DNA of 64,000 nucleotides. It comes from Eledone cirrhosa (taxonomy: Eukaryota). Shown piece by piece: positions 28,860-41,600 of the stretch. The translations under genes were made by a program, and so were the position numbers. A model generated the notes under the pieces. The model ran no database searches and was not told the DNA's origin. It was given only the letters and a program-made list of their open reading frames with translations. How positions within the stretch are numbered: the first letter of the stretch is position 1; the number at the start of each line of letters is the position of its first letter. Location: the NCBI GenBank assembly GCA_964016885.1, contig OZ024741.1, positions 320,354,001-320,418,000 of the forward strand, read 5' to 3'.

Positions 28860-29995
28860 GGTCGTTGAGGTGAATGGACGTACTATCCTGAGCTCGAGTA
28901 AGTTAGTTATTTTTACGGTTTTAAATATGTTTGTTATTTATATTTTTCTTTCAAAATGGGCATAAGTCTTTAGTTTTTGCCCTTAAGAAAGGAATCCCCA
29001 TAATATATGGGCCTTTTCGCCCAAATATTTAACCTTTGTGTGTTTAAATGAACATTTTTTTATCGAAAAAAACATGGAGGAGCCACGCTGCCCAACTTTC
29101 AGTTTGCCGTCGTGCGACAGCGATTCAAAGGTTGAAGCTAATAACGCTGCTCCTCCCACAACAATTTTAAAACGTAACAACACATCAGGCAATATCGCCA
29201 ACACCAGCACCATCAACAATACCAACAACAGTGAAAACACTAATATAAATAAAAATGACAACACCAACAACAGCAGCAACAAGGACGTTACCAAAAGCAG
29301 TAAAAAACACAGTTGTGAACAAGAGCGACAGCAGCACCAGCGGCAACGACAGCAGTGCCGGCGGCAACTGCAGTGATGACAACAGCACCAACAACAGCGG
29401 GAACGATAATACCAATAACAACAGCAAGAACGACTACACCAACAACAACAGCAAGAACGACAACATCAACAACAACAACAAGAACGACAACAAAGACAAC
29501 TATATAAACAACAGTGACAAGAGCAACAACCGCAACAGCAACAACAAAAGCAGTAGTAACTACGAAACAACACAACAGATAGGAGCCGCACAAGCTACAT
29601 CATTCGCGAAGGCTGCCAAAAATGTTGAACGAGTACGTGTCAGTGACACGGAGATGAGGCAAGCCAAGGTGTTGGTAAAAACAAAACGGACACATGGTAA
29701 GACTCACCCATCCAACGTCATGAAAAACCGACGTTTGTGTACGGTCTCCTACCGTACACTTAGACAGAAATCGCGCCGGGTGGAATAGGCGATAAAGTCG
29801 CAGGTCCAAAGGGCTATGGTTCCCGTCGGGTCACAGAAAACCTACAAAGCCCGAGGATCGAAGTATGACACAGTGGATTTTCTCATCGCTACACCCGAAG
29901 CCAGAGTACACTCCATTACCCCAAATCTTGTGTTTTTTTACACGCAGAAATGCCCAATTGTACCGTCCTGTACCGCCCTGTACCAGGGAATGATC
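28860..29995 (+). mobile_element. Internally deleted non-autonomous Tx1 relative (5'UTR and ORF1 N-terminal half fused to 3'UTR)
   Basis: N/S-rich tract then SFAKAAKN..CTVSYRTLRQKSRRVE..RGSKYDTVDFLIATPE (cf. SFAGIAKN..CTVTYRT..KSRRVE..RGKKYATVDVLFATPQ); jumps to TTTTACACGCAGAAATGCCCAATTGTACCGTCCTG of the 3'UTR; ATT repeats on both sides. Confidence 0.8.
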
Positions 29996-30029
29996 ATTAT
30001 TATTATTATTATTATTATCATTATTATCA

Positions 30030-30382
30030 AGGGCGGTGGATTGGGAGTAATGGTAGAGGGTCGGACGCCATGCTTTGCAGCATAGAGTTACGGCTCTTTA
30101 TGATCTGAGCTCAAATCCCGCCGAGGTTAACTTTGCCTTTCATCCTTATGGGGTCGATAAAATAAAGTACCAGTAATGCACTGGGGTCGATTTAATCGAC
30201 TTTTCCCTCCCCCAAATTACTGGCCTTGTGCCTATATAAGAAACCATTATTATTATCATTATCAAATCCCGCCGAGGTTGACTTTGCCTTTCATCCTTAC
30301 AGAGTCGATAAAATAAAGTACCAGTAATGCACTGGGTAATTGCTGGCCTTGTGCCAAGCGTAGAAACAATTATTATTATTAT
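30030..30382 (+). mobile_element. Two tandem Nin-domain SINEs in an (ATT)n tract
   Basis: Full long variant 30030-30255 and truncated copy 30262-30382. Confidence 0.85.
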
Positions 30383-30384
30383 CA

Positions 30385-31540
30385 TTCTTTGAGTCTCAGT
30401 CATTTATGTTATTTAACTATAAAGTTAGTTCAAATGAATATCAAGCCGCTACCTGCAGCCTCAGATACACAGGGTGTATCGGAGGGTTCTTGCTGTTCCC
30501 AGCAAACATGCCTTTTTAAGTGTCCCCAAAAAAGGGGGCTGGACTAATATTCTTTAACCATCCTTGAAAACTCTTTGAGATATCACCTAGTGCTCCTATG
30601 ACAATCGGGACGACCTTGATCCCATGACAGTCCCAAATTCTTTTTAACTCCCACTTTAAATCCTGGTATCAGTTAATTTTCTTCTTCTCCTTTTCTTACA
30701 CTCTTGTGTCAAAGGGGCAGGTTACATCTACAATCAGGCAGGATCTTTTTTCCTTGTCAAAAACCACCAGGTCAGACCTATTGTGTTCTAATTTCTTGTC
30801 CGTCTGTATCCTGAAATCACATAGCATCTTCACTTGATCGTTTTCTATCACCGACTCTGACTTATGCTCATACCACTTCTCGGAATGTAGTAAATTGTTT
30901 AGTTTGCATAAATGCCAGTGAATCACCTTTCCTATTGTATCATGCCACCAGCCTTTATATTGATTCTGGGCTAGGTGTTGACATACGATGTGAGCCACAG
31001 TCCCCCCCCCCTCTCTCTCTCTCTCTCTCCACAGATCCTACACAGTGAGCTAGCCTACTCCTTGTCAATATGGTGTTTCACTTACTTCGTTCTGAGGGCT
31101 TGTTCCTGTGCAGCCATTAGCAGTCCTTCTGTAGGTTTTTTTAACATCTCTTTTTAACCAGTTCCATGTCTGTGGATCTCTGAATTCCGTTTTCTTAAAG
31201 AAGTTGCTATGACGGGATTCTTCATGAAGGTTGCTTTTCCTCCTTGTTGTTATTTCCTCCTTCGACATCCCCTGGTCTATTGTCTTCTCAGTCAGTACAA
31301 CTTTGAACATTGGCTCCCTACTGTCAGGCACATATTTTTGCAGACTGATTTTCTCCATCTGAACACAGTCCACTATGCTGATAAGTCCTGTTCCACCTTC
31401 AGATATCTTTAAGTAGAGGAGGTGGTTGATGGTAAGCTCTCCTCTTCCCAGCTTATGAGGGACAAGGTTATGAGGGCAGGACGAACAACAAACGGGACAA
31501 ACTATCTCCCTGGAAGATACCTCCCTTGATCTTCACGCCT
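30385..31540 (-). mobile_element. 5'-truncated, internally deleted copy of the same R4/Dong-like family, with 3' end and (TAA)n tail
   Basis: ORFs 30696-30998 and 31065-31373 match 54700-55380; ends CLLGTARTLR, then a short UTR and GATAATAATAATAAT. Confidence 0.88.
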
Positions 31541-31752
31541 TACGGGGTCGATAAAATGAAGTACCAGTAATGCACTAGGAAAATTGCTGGCATCGAGTCA
31601 AAAGTAGAAATAATTGTTTCTACTTTAGGCACAAGGCCAGCAATTGTGTCAAAAGTAGAAATAATAAAAATAATAATAATTATTATTATAAAGTACCAGC
31701 AATGCACTGGGTAATTGTTGGCCTTGTGCCTAACGTAGAAACAATTATTATT
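31538..31752 (+). mobile_element. Cluster of short Nin-domain SINE 3' fragments (one inverted)
   Basis: Repeated GCACTGGGTAATTG..GGCCTTGTGCC..GTAGAAACAATTATT pieces. Confidence 0.7.
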
Positions 31753-31960
31753 ATGTATCGTTTTTATTGTCCTCTTAATTTAAGCCCTGTGTGGTTAATA
31801 AAGAAACCATTGCTATTATTGATTGTTTTAAATGTTTATTTTCCTAGTCTCTGTTATAAATTTTATTTTACACAAAGATAAACCCAGACTGTATTGTCCT
31901 GTGCCGCCTTTAATGTTTCCTTAATGTGAGCCTTGTGTGGCAAATAAAGACATTTTTTTT
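31752..31960 (+). mobile_element. Two short 3'UTR-only fragments of Tx1-family elements
   Basis: AAGCCCTGTGTGGTTAATAAAGAAACCATT and GAGCCTTGTGTGGCAAATAAAGAC resemble the Tx1 3' end AAACCCTTGTGGTTAATAAAGAAATCATT. Confidence 0.6.
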
Positions 31961-31967
31961 ATTGCGC

Positions 31968-32260
31968 ATTATTACCGCTTTACCGAGCATAGCTCTGTGT
32001 TCCTTGGGTATGAGTAGTGTAGATTGTTCTGGTGTTGCTTCTTTGTATTGATAATACTTTTCGAAACATGTGTGCAGTGCCTAGTAGTGCTATTTTTTGT
32101 ATACTGTATATATTTGTAAGTCCTGGGGTTTGGGCTATATATTTGTCTGTGTTTTTTTTTAAATATTCCCAGAGCACCTTTTATTAGAGGTATTGTTCCA
32201 GTTTTCATTTTCCACATTCGAGTTATTTCTACCTCTAGATATTTGGAGAGTTTTGTTGAA
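31968..32260 (-). mobile_element. 3' fragment of a second R4-like REL LINE family
   Basis: LSKYLEVEITRMWKMKT..IPLIKGALG and IQKIALLGTAHMFRKVLS C-terminal motifs; ends TAATAAT. Confidence 0.75.
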
Positions 32261-32669
32261 TCATACTTTTTCCCCGTATCCTGCCAAATTTCAGCCTGGG
32301 ACACACACAGATGTTAGTAATACGCACACTGAAGAATCAATTCGTATACAAATGATACCACAAGAGAATAAACAAATCAGTAAATGTCTTTACTAGTTAT
32401 ATAAATTGATGACGCCTTTTTCAGGACAAGGCCAGCACCACTCAGAGCAATTATGTGTATCCATTGCAGAGGCGGATTTCCAGGTATCTGGTCCAAATAA
32501 TATTTTGTTCCCTGTATATTATTCCAAGTGCACCTATTATTACTAGCATTATACAAGCTTTAAGATGCCACAGTTTCTCAATTATAACTGTCAGATCTTT
32601 ATGATAACTGAGCTCATGTCAATTAAGAAGCATGTTCTCTTTGGGGGGATTTCCAGTATCGGTAGAGCG

Positions 32670-35015
32670 TTGAACAACAAAACCAACAGCAGCAATAACA
32701 ACAGTAACAGTACTAACAACAAACACAACGAACTGTCCATAAAAGTGAACAACCAAAGATAAAAAAGAAGACAGCAACTGCAACATTTCTGAACAGGAAA
32801 ATTACGAGATTAACCTCCTTCCTTTACAAACTTTAACACCACATTCACAAGAACAGCTAAATAAAACAAACACAGCAATACTAATGCAAACACTGCTACC
32901 ACCAATACGACGATCAGTACCACTGGCACCACCACACCCACCGCAAGAAGAAAAAATATTACAAAAGCAGAAAAACAAATATTACCTTAACATAGACAAC
33001 AACGGCAACACAAACAGCAACAAAAATAAAAACGACAATAACAGCATCATTAATAACAATTATAATTGTTTCTACTTTTGGCACTAGGCCAGCAATAATC
33101 CTAGTGCATTACAGGTACTTTATTTTATCGACCCTGTAAGGATGAAAGGCAAAATTAACCTCGGCGGGATTTGAACTCAGATCATAAAGGGCCGTAACTA
33201 TGCATCAAAGCATGGCGTCCGACTCTCTACCGACACTGCCAATTCACCACCAACAACAATAACATCAGTAACAACAACTACATTAAATTTGCAGCCACAG
33301 CTTCCAAAGCAACTGAACTGTTCGTCATGGATATTATAGAAAAAGAAACATATTTGAACAAAGCAGCCAAACTAATAAAAGTAGAAAAATCAAGTGCTGA
33401 TGTAGCCATCCATTCCGAGGTGATGGCAGACACCCGCCACCAAAACAAACTGTGATCGATAAATTCGTGTCCACAAACACAAAATGGTCAATCATTATAA
33501 GGGTACTGAAAGAGGTAATGCCCAATATTCAACATATTGCGTAGCCCAGAGAGTATGCCAACATTTCTCTTTAAACGTGCTACACTGTCGGAGCGAAAGC
33601 ATGTGCCCTACCCATCGTATTTAGTAAGAAGGTGGTTACGGGTCAAGATCCCACTGGATATTGGCCTGCATCGTCCAAGAAGGGAATAACACTCTTCTGA
33701 AGGTGAAAAACCCAGACGAGGAAACTGATCAGGGATCTGTCTCCAAGTACTACTCCACATCAAACCAGATGACATTCGTAAGATCCCACACTTCATTCCT
33801 CTTCCAAGATTTAAGAGCAGACGTTACCAGCTGTGTCGGAAAACGGGTTACTTGAGCGCTTTCAGCACTCAGCAGACGACAGAGAACAAGAAGTCCACTT
33901 TCCTGCCAACACCCAGACACCAAAACCAATATCCACAACAACAACAATTGTGGCAGCAACAACACCAGCAGCAGCAACTCCAACACCAACAAGACCATCA
34001 TCACCAGCAGGAGCAGAAACAGAAGCACCAACAGCAGAAAACTGCAAAACACCATAAAAGAACATGTAAAAGAACCACCACCATCAAATCAACAACTGCA
34101 AGAAACTTAAAAACAATCTCAGGGGACTCCCAACATATCCCACCCCCTCTGCCCCTCTTGAAAACACACGCACACATCCCCACACGCACACTTGTATCAC
34201 AACATCCATCTGAGTTAAATGACTCAGATACAGAAACCTCCTCTTCTCAGAGTGTGGAAAAGAAGGAATCTCAAAAAGACAAAAAACAAAAACAAAAATG
34301 TGGCTTAAGAAAGACAATAACATAATGCATCATTCCAACATACACCACAGAAAACTAAACGTTGCGCTAGTTATGGAGATGGGAGGGGGGGGGGGCGAAC
34401 TATTGACATTCTTTACATCATGAAGTAAAGACATTGGGACAGAAGGGAAGATTTTCGGCACTTTCGGTACCAACTACCTACAAGAAAATTAGTAAAGGTT
34501 TCCCCAACGACCTGCAACCCTTAATGTAAAAGAAACGAGTAGGCTTTTAAAGAGGATCCGAAAGTAAAACCCCCACCAGATATGGAGGTCGAACCACCCC
34601 ACTTCCAACAGTATCCGGATGGTATGTAGCCCCCCCCCCCACCCACACACCCACCCGACCACACACACACACAATTTTAACCACCCAGCATGACAATTCT
34701 AAGAATAGGATGTAAAAATGTATGTAGCCTGGAGTTGTTTTAGAAGCAAGGCCATTTGCTTAATGACCTCAGGCTATTAGCTATAGCCGTAGCCCCATTT
34801 TTTACGACATTGTGATCTACGCATCGATTAGTCGGCCTGGAATGGGCGGCGGGATGGTAATGCTGTTTAGAAAACACCTGGCATTGAGGTACGGACGATT
34901 TTCCTGCACCGTGACAGTGAGTTGGTGGTCCTGATTGTGAGCAATAGCAAAGGCGATGCTCTCTACTTGTGGTCGACTATGCCTTGACTGAGGCAAGACG
35001 GTCAGATTTCTCCAC
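32670..35015 (+). mobile_element. Old decayed Tx1 relative (ORF1 remnant and start of ORF2 APE)
   Basis: From ~34690: MTILRIGCKNVCSL..KQGHLLNDLRLL, IYASISRPGMGGGMVMLFRK, resembling the ORF2 N-terminus; upstream N-rich and P/T-rich ORF1-like tracts. Confidence 0.7.
33060..33251 (-). mobile_element. Nin-domain SINE inserted in the N-coding tract of the decayed Tx1 ORF1
   Basis: Family match. Confidence 0.82.
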
Positions 35016-35429
35016 GCAACCATGCACTGAGGCTACAGCATTTGCTGATATTCCTAAACTGCGAATAGGTGTAATCGCCAATTGTGAAATTTGGTAGCCC
35101 GCTTTTTCTAGTAGGGAAATTGGTTTTATATTTGTTAGAAAGTTGTCGACGCTTGTATATATTGGATCAGATAACCACGTAAATTTTTTTCCTTTGTTGG
35201 GAGAGAAATATCCAACGTCTTTAGCGCTTAGATGTTTCATGAGTAGAGATGTTAAGATAGACTACTTTAGGATGGAGTGTTTGAGAGCGAGTGTATATAA
35301 TGTGTTTGTGTATATGTGTGTGTGTGGTGTTTGTGTGTGTATCTGTATTTGTGTGTGTGCTGTTTGTGTGTGTGTGTCTGTATTTGTGTGCGTGAGTGTA
35401 TGTTATAAATAATATGTAGCAGCCGGAAG

Positions 35430-35930
35430 GGCAACAAAAACGCCATAGCCGATGACAATCTACAGATGAACGAAGTGATTTATGAATGTTATTTTAAAAA
35501 GATAAGCTTTAAACTACATGACATAAGTGCAAAATACTATCTTGGGTTAACTGTGAGCAACGAAGGCGAACACGAATACATGCTTAATAGGAAAATACTA
35601 TTCCTCAATACATCTACACTATATCGAATTGCATTCAAAGTACATGATTAATTATGGAATTGTTCATTAAACATGACAATGTTAAAATATATACACAGAC
35701 AACATATACATACCAGAGACAAAATATGGATGAAACATCAGGTGAAGAAGTTTATTTGCATAGAGAGCAAAATAAAACATTGACTGGATATGTTCATGGA
35801 GCATAAAAATCCAGAAAAACAGTCCAACTTTCTCAACGGCTACTGAGACAGCTGTGACGAAATCACACCGTAAAATACTCATAGCGAGACTCTTGAATGT
35901 ATATTATATTTAAAGATATTTTATATGCCT
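35430..35930 (+). mobile_element. Possible ancient CR1/L2/Jockey-group RT remnant
   Basis: IADD-like motif followed by KYYLGLTVSN; highly decayed. Confidence 0.3.
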
Positions 35931-36384
35931 CCATATACACCTCTATTGTGAACAATGCCATGTTAGTTCTCCTGCTAATTAATCCTTGCAGGTCAACGTT
36001 GCACTATATGCAAATGGGCATCACCAGGTGATGTTTAATTTGCTCAATATACAAACGAGCATCTGAAACCGATATTTCATATGAAAAAAAAAGCAAAACA
36101 TATTTTAGCTTAAAGTTGTCTCACTAAAAAATATCACCCACACTGGATAAAGATCTAGAGACACTTGTCTGGCATTCTTATATGACCACTGATATAGCTA
36201 TGACATCATCAGGCTTACAATCTTCATAGCAATGCACTTGTATGCTTATTGTACATGAACATATCATATACGCCTCTATTATAAATTACAGTATGTTAGA
36301 GATATTGCTACTTTAAGCTCATATATATAGGCATCACCCACCCCGACACACACACACATACATATACATACATACATACATACA

Positions 36385-37929
36385 TTGTGGCTGCCAACTC
36401 GTTTTCGAGTACGGCCACTACTTTTTATCCATGTAGGAGAACCCTACCGATGCGCTGAACGAGTGTGACTTTTTAGTCCAGCCAGCGACTTGAAAACTCT
36501 GGTACAAACACTACACTTGTGACAATTATTGACACATAGTGCTGGGCCCATGGTACCATGTGACGACAAGTGCAGAGGGATCTCCAGATATAAAGCAATG
36601 CCTGTGCCGTGAAGCTTTTATAGTGAGCAAAGGCACTGCACAAAGCCAGTCCCACTCTCTTAACTGAAATGATATTTACCAAAAAGAAGAACAAGTCAAC
36701 ATCATTGGATACCATCAGGGTTGGGGGTGTTATATCAGAGTTTTCCTTCTCCTAGAATTCTGCCTTGACAAAGGCTAAGGGGTCATCTCTCCCGGTGATT
36801 TATATATATACATATATACATATATATATATATACATACATACATGGTGGCTGCCAACTCGTTTTCGAATACAGCCACTACTTTATATCCATGTAGGAGA
36901 ACCCCTACCGATGCGCTGAACGAGTGTGGCTTTTTAGTCCAGCCAGCGACTTGAAAACTCTGGGACAAACACTACACTTGTGACAATTATTGACACATAG
37001 TGCTGGGCCCATGGTTCCATGTGACGACAAGTGCAGAGAGATCTCCACATACAAAGCAATGCCTGTGCCGTGAAGCTTTTATAGTGAGCAAAGGCACTGC
37101 ACAAAGCCAGTCCCACTATCTTAACCAAGATGATATTTACCAAAAAGAAGAACAAGTCAACATCATTGGATACCATCAGGGTTGCAGGTGTTATATCAGA
37201 GTTTTCCTTCTCCTAGAATTCTGCCTTGACAAAGGCATATATACATACATACATACATACATACATACATACATACATACATACATACATACATACATAC
37301 ATACATACATACATACATGGTGGCTGCCAACTCGTTTTCGAGTACGGCCACTACTTTATATCCATGTAGGAGAACCCCTACCGATGCACTGAACGAGTGT
37401 GACTTTTTAGTCCAGCCAGCGACTTGAAAACTCTGGTTCAAACATTAGACTTGTGACAATTATTGACACATAGTGCTGGGCCCATGGTACCATGTGACGA
37501 CAAGTGCAGAGAGATCTCCAGATATAAAGCAATGCCTGTGCCGTGAAGCTTTTATAGTGAGCAAAGGAACTGCACAAAGCCAGTCCCACTCTCTTAACCA
37601 AGATGATATTTACCAAAAAGAAGAACAAGTCAACATCATTGGATACCATCAGGGTTGCAGGTGTTTTATCAGGATTTTCCTTCTCCTAGAATTCTGCCTT
37701 GACAAAGGCTAAGGGGTCATCTCTCCTGGTGATTTTGGATGGCCATTGACTCTTAAGAGCCCCTTTGCCTTTTGACAGGTTTTGTTTTTAATCCTGCAGG
37801 ATGTCCAAAGCCACCCACCTCACCAAGAAACCTTGGTGGGTTTGCCAGTTTAGTCGCCAACAACCCGACCATAAGACAGGTTGTACTGGGATACATGTTA
37901 CCAGTAGCACCAACTGGTGACCTGACACT
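36385..37929 (-). mobile_element. Three head-to-tail copies of a bipartite RTE-derived non-autonomous element (36385-36800, 36844-37236, 37317-37929)
   Basis: Last ~200 bp matches the RTE end at 11860-12046; 5' part has RTE-type CTAGGAGAAGGAAAACTCTGA; copies separated and flanked by (CATA)n or TA-rich runs; two are 5'-truncated. Confidence 0.85.
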
Positions 37930-37984
37930 ACATACATACATACATACATACATACATACATACATACATACATACATACATACA

Positions 37985-38015
<31 letters not shown>

Positions 38016-38378
38016 GTATATATCTTTCAAAATATCTAATTTTACCGTTATTTGGTGAAATGTATTCTGGTTTTGTGAAGAATACATATGAGGGAAATAT
38101 ATTTGATCGTTATCAGGTATTTTGTTTTAAATCTTTTATTAAATAAGATCCTCAACGAATTATGTAGTCTTACTTTCAGTGTAGATTGTCTCTAGTTCTA
38201 TGTATTGATATGTCTTAGTACATTGATATGTCTTGTACATCTGTGTATGAATATATTTCAATCACTTGCTTATAATGATTAAGGCTCGATTTTGTTATCT
38301 GAATTCTATCTTGTGATGTTTTTAGAGACAAGACATATGTTTGATTTTGTATCATTCATGACACCCTTTACTTTGAAA

Positions 38379-38380
<2 letters not shown>

Positions 38381-38422
<42 letters not shown>
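38381..38422. repeat. (AAT)14 microsatellite at the 3' end of Tx1 copy A
   Basis: Pure AAT run. Confidence 0.95.
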
Positions 38423-38670
38423 TTTTTCTTTATTAACCACAAGGGTTTACATAAAGTAGACATTAAGGACAGTACAGGACAATACAGTACGGTACAAATG
38501 GGCATTTCTGCGTGTAAAAAGCAAAAACAGAGGATGTAACAAAAATAGCAATGAAAAATTCCCCAATAGGGGGGAGACTTCGGAGGGACATTTGTGGAGA
38601 AAGCCCATTAAAAGGCCACAGTGACCCTGACCACCAAGGCAAGTGCCCTCTCCCAGTTTTCCACCTTTAA

Positions 38671-41600
38671 TTTACAGATATATATTCAGAGTAGGCCCAT
38701 TCACTCGGGCCATTCTTGCTTCTCTCACCCATCTTTCAACAAAATGCTGGGAAGAGAGCACTTCCCTCTATACTCTGATTTTCCTTTTCAAATGAAATTT
38801 GAAAAATCAATCAGGGCATCACCGAAGAGGTAAGTGCTCGTCTTCAGCCCTTTCAAACGTGTCCACCATACTATCTCTTTCGCCATGGCCACCAGACAGA
38901 TAAAAACTGCCTGCCCTTCCCGGCTAAAGGAGGAGGGCGGGGCAATCCTCACGATGGACTCAGATGATAGCCGGATCCGTCCTACACGCGACAGCAGGTG
39001 TTCGACATAAACCCACAAGTCAGCAATTTTCGGACACTGGATGAGTGCATGCAGGACGGTTTCGTCACCCTGCGCGCATCTCGGACATGCCCGGCTGAGG
39101 GCACCTCCATGCCTGTAGAGTTTATCCCGAACTGGCAAGGCTCCTCGGTAGCACTGCCAGGCCAGAGATTTCTGGAAGTTGTCCATAGGCCCTGGCTCGA
39201 AAGTTCTTCCGAAGAGATTGGCTAGTTGATTTTCGTCGACGCCTAGAGTTTCCCCAAGTACGTCGTCGCTCTTCCCCTCCACTAATCCTCTATAGAACGC
39301 CGAGGTGGAGTTTCCACCGATCACATTGCCCGATTGGTCGAGGGGTGTGAGCGCCTGAAGACATTCCAGTCTCCAGGCGCTCCCTCTCGGTCTTCGCTTG
39401 ACCCAGGACTGCAGCTCCGTCAAGGAAACGAGCTGGGGAAATACGTGTCTAGCAAACGGCGACCACACCTGATCACCGTCGAGGAAGAGGTGGCGATGTC
39501 GTAGCCTGAGCGCGTGCCTGCACATCATCAGCCACGGCATGCCCAGCCCTCCACGTAGCGGGTGTTGACAACAGATAGACCGCCTGACCATCAGAGCGCG
39601 TCCCTTCCACAAAAAGCGAAAGAGCAAACGCTCCAGTGCAGTCAGGCGAGGCTTAGGACAAGGTACGACGGTCAGGCGGTAGCAGATGACAGACGCGATG
39701 TACGCGTTAGCCACCTCCGCACGATCGTTCAGGGATAGCTTCCTCTCCGCCCATTTCTGGGTGAGAGAAGCCACCCTGCTCGTCACCTCGTCCCAGTTTT
39801 TGTCCGTCTGGAGGTCCGGACCGAACCAGACCCCTAGCAATTTAACCGGTCCGTCCGTCCAGCGTCCGACGACGCTGTTGGACGGCATGGACCTGCCTCT
39901 CCAGGTGCCGAGCTGCAGGCCCACTGACTTTTCCTGGTTGATCATTGCTCCTGTCACCGCTTCGTATTCTCTTAGTGTAGTGCCGATCACCTCGATGTGT
40001 TTGGCGTTCGACACCACTACGGTGACATCGTCGGCATATGCTGACACGGATCTTCCGCATCCTAGTTCGCGCGGGACGCCCCTCAACGTCTCCAGTTTGT
40101 GCAGTAATGGCTCGAGAGTCAATACGTACAAGAGGGACGAGAGGGGACATCCTTGGCGGACCGAGCGCATGATGTTGAACGGTTCCGACAGGTGACCGTT
40201 CACTCTCACCACAGAGCAGATATCGCTGTGCATGGCAGCGATCCAGCCTCTGAAGACGGGCCCAAAGCCAGCCGCCCTCAGGACTGCCGCTAGGTAACGA
40301 TGGTCGACCCTATCGAAAGCTTTCGACTGATCTAAATTGATCAAGGACCCACCCGTGCCAGGTTCCCTAGCTACCCTCTCTACGATGTATCGCATGTGGT
40401 GGAGGTTGTCGTGGATGGATCTGTCGGGAATGGCGCATGTCTGCGCCTCTCCCACCAGACCACCAACGACAAGCGCCAACCTCTTTGCTAGCACCTTGGC
40501 CAAAATCTTGAACTCTGTGTTTAGCAGAGTTATGGGCCGGAAATTATCTATGTTATCCCCCTTGTTCGGATCCTTTCTCAGCAGTGCCACCGCTCCTCGG
40601 CTCACAGAACTGGGAATTCTCCTGTTCTGTTGCCAGTTGCAGTAGACGTCCGCCAAGAGGCCTCCGAACAAGTCTGGCATCTGTATGTAAAGTTCATAGG
40701 GCAGACCATCCAAACCAGGCGATTTACCCCTTGTGCAGCCAATTATTGCCTCCCTTACTTCAGCGGCTGTTATCGGCTTTTCGCAACACTTTGACCCGGC
40801 CCACCGCTGCCCCCGAACAGCTGAGCGAAGTGTCGCTGAAAAGCTTCACATATTTGCGCAGGATCGAGTAGCATGCGCCTGTCGTGGTCCACCAAAGACC
40901 GGATCGTGGCTTTGTTGCCACGACGCGCCTCCGCCACTCTGGCCCATTGAACGGCTTTCGTCCCCTCGTGTCTGAGAGCACGCACCCTTGCTCTGACAAC
41001 GCAGCCTTCGTGCTTTGCATTGAAGAATTGGTCAAGGACCAATTTCGCCGCAAGCACGTCGGTCGCAATGCCTTTGCTAAGCGCCTCGTCTAATTTTCTA
41101 ACTAGTTCTCCCTCTGCTCTATTTTTCTCTATTGCTAAAGCCTTACTAAACCTAATCGATTCTATTCTAATCGCTCTTTTCATAGCAAACCACCACTTGT
41201 TGTTTACGATGGCTCCCGTCAACGCCCGCTTAACTAGTTCGCTAATCCGGTCTTTGTAGGCCTTGCGCGCTGGTAAGGACGCGTTTAGCCTCCAGTAGCC
41301 GGGTCCTCGTCTATGAAGCCTATCTAAGTCAAGCACACAGATCACGAATTTGTGGTCCTTGTAGCTGACTATCTTGAATTGTGGACAGCCTATGCTAGAC
41401 CTATCTATTTCCCTACAAAATACTCTATCTAGATATGATCTGGATGACCCTATGCGATTTGTCCAAGTCCACATTGGCACATTCTGGAAATCCAATCGGT
41501 ACCTGTCAGACAGTTCAAAACGCCTGAGCAGGTTCGTGAGACTCTTGCACCCTCCACCCCTATCCGCTAATCCCACACAGTCCCAGCGTGCATCTAAGAT

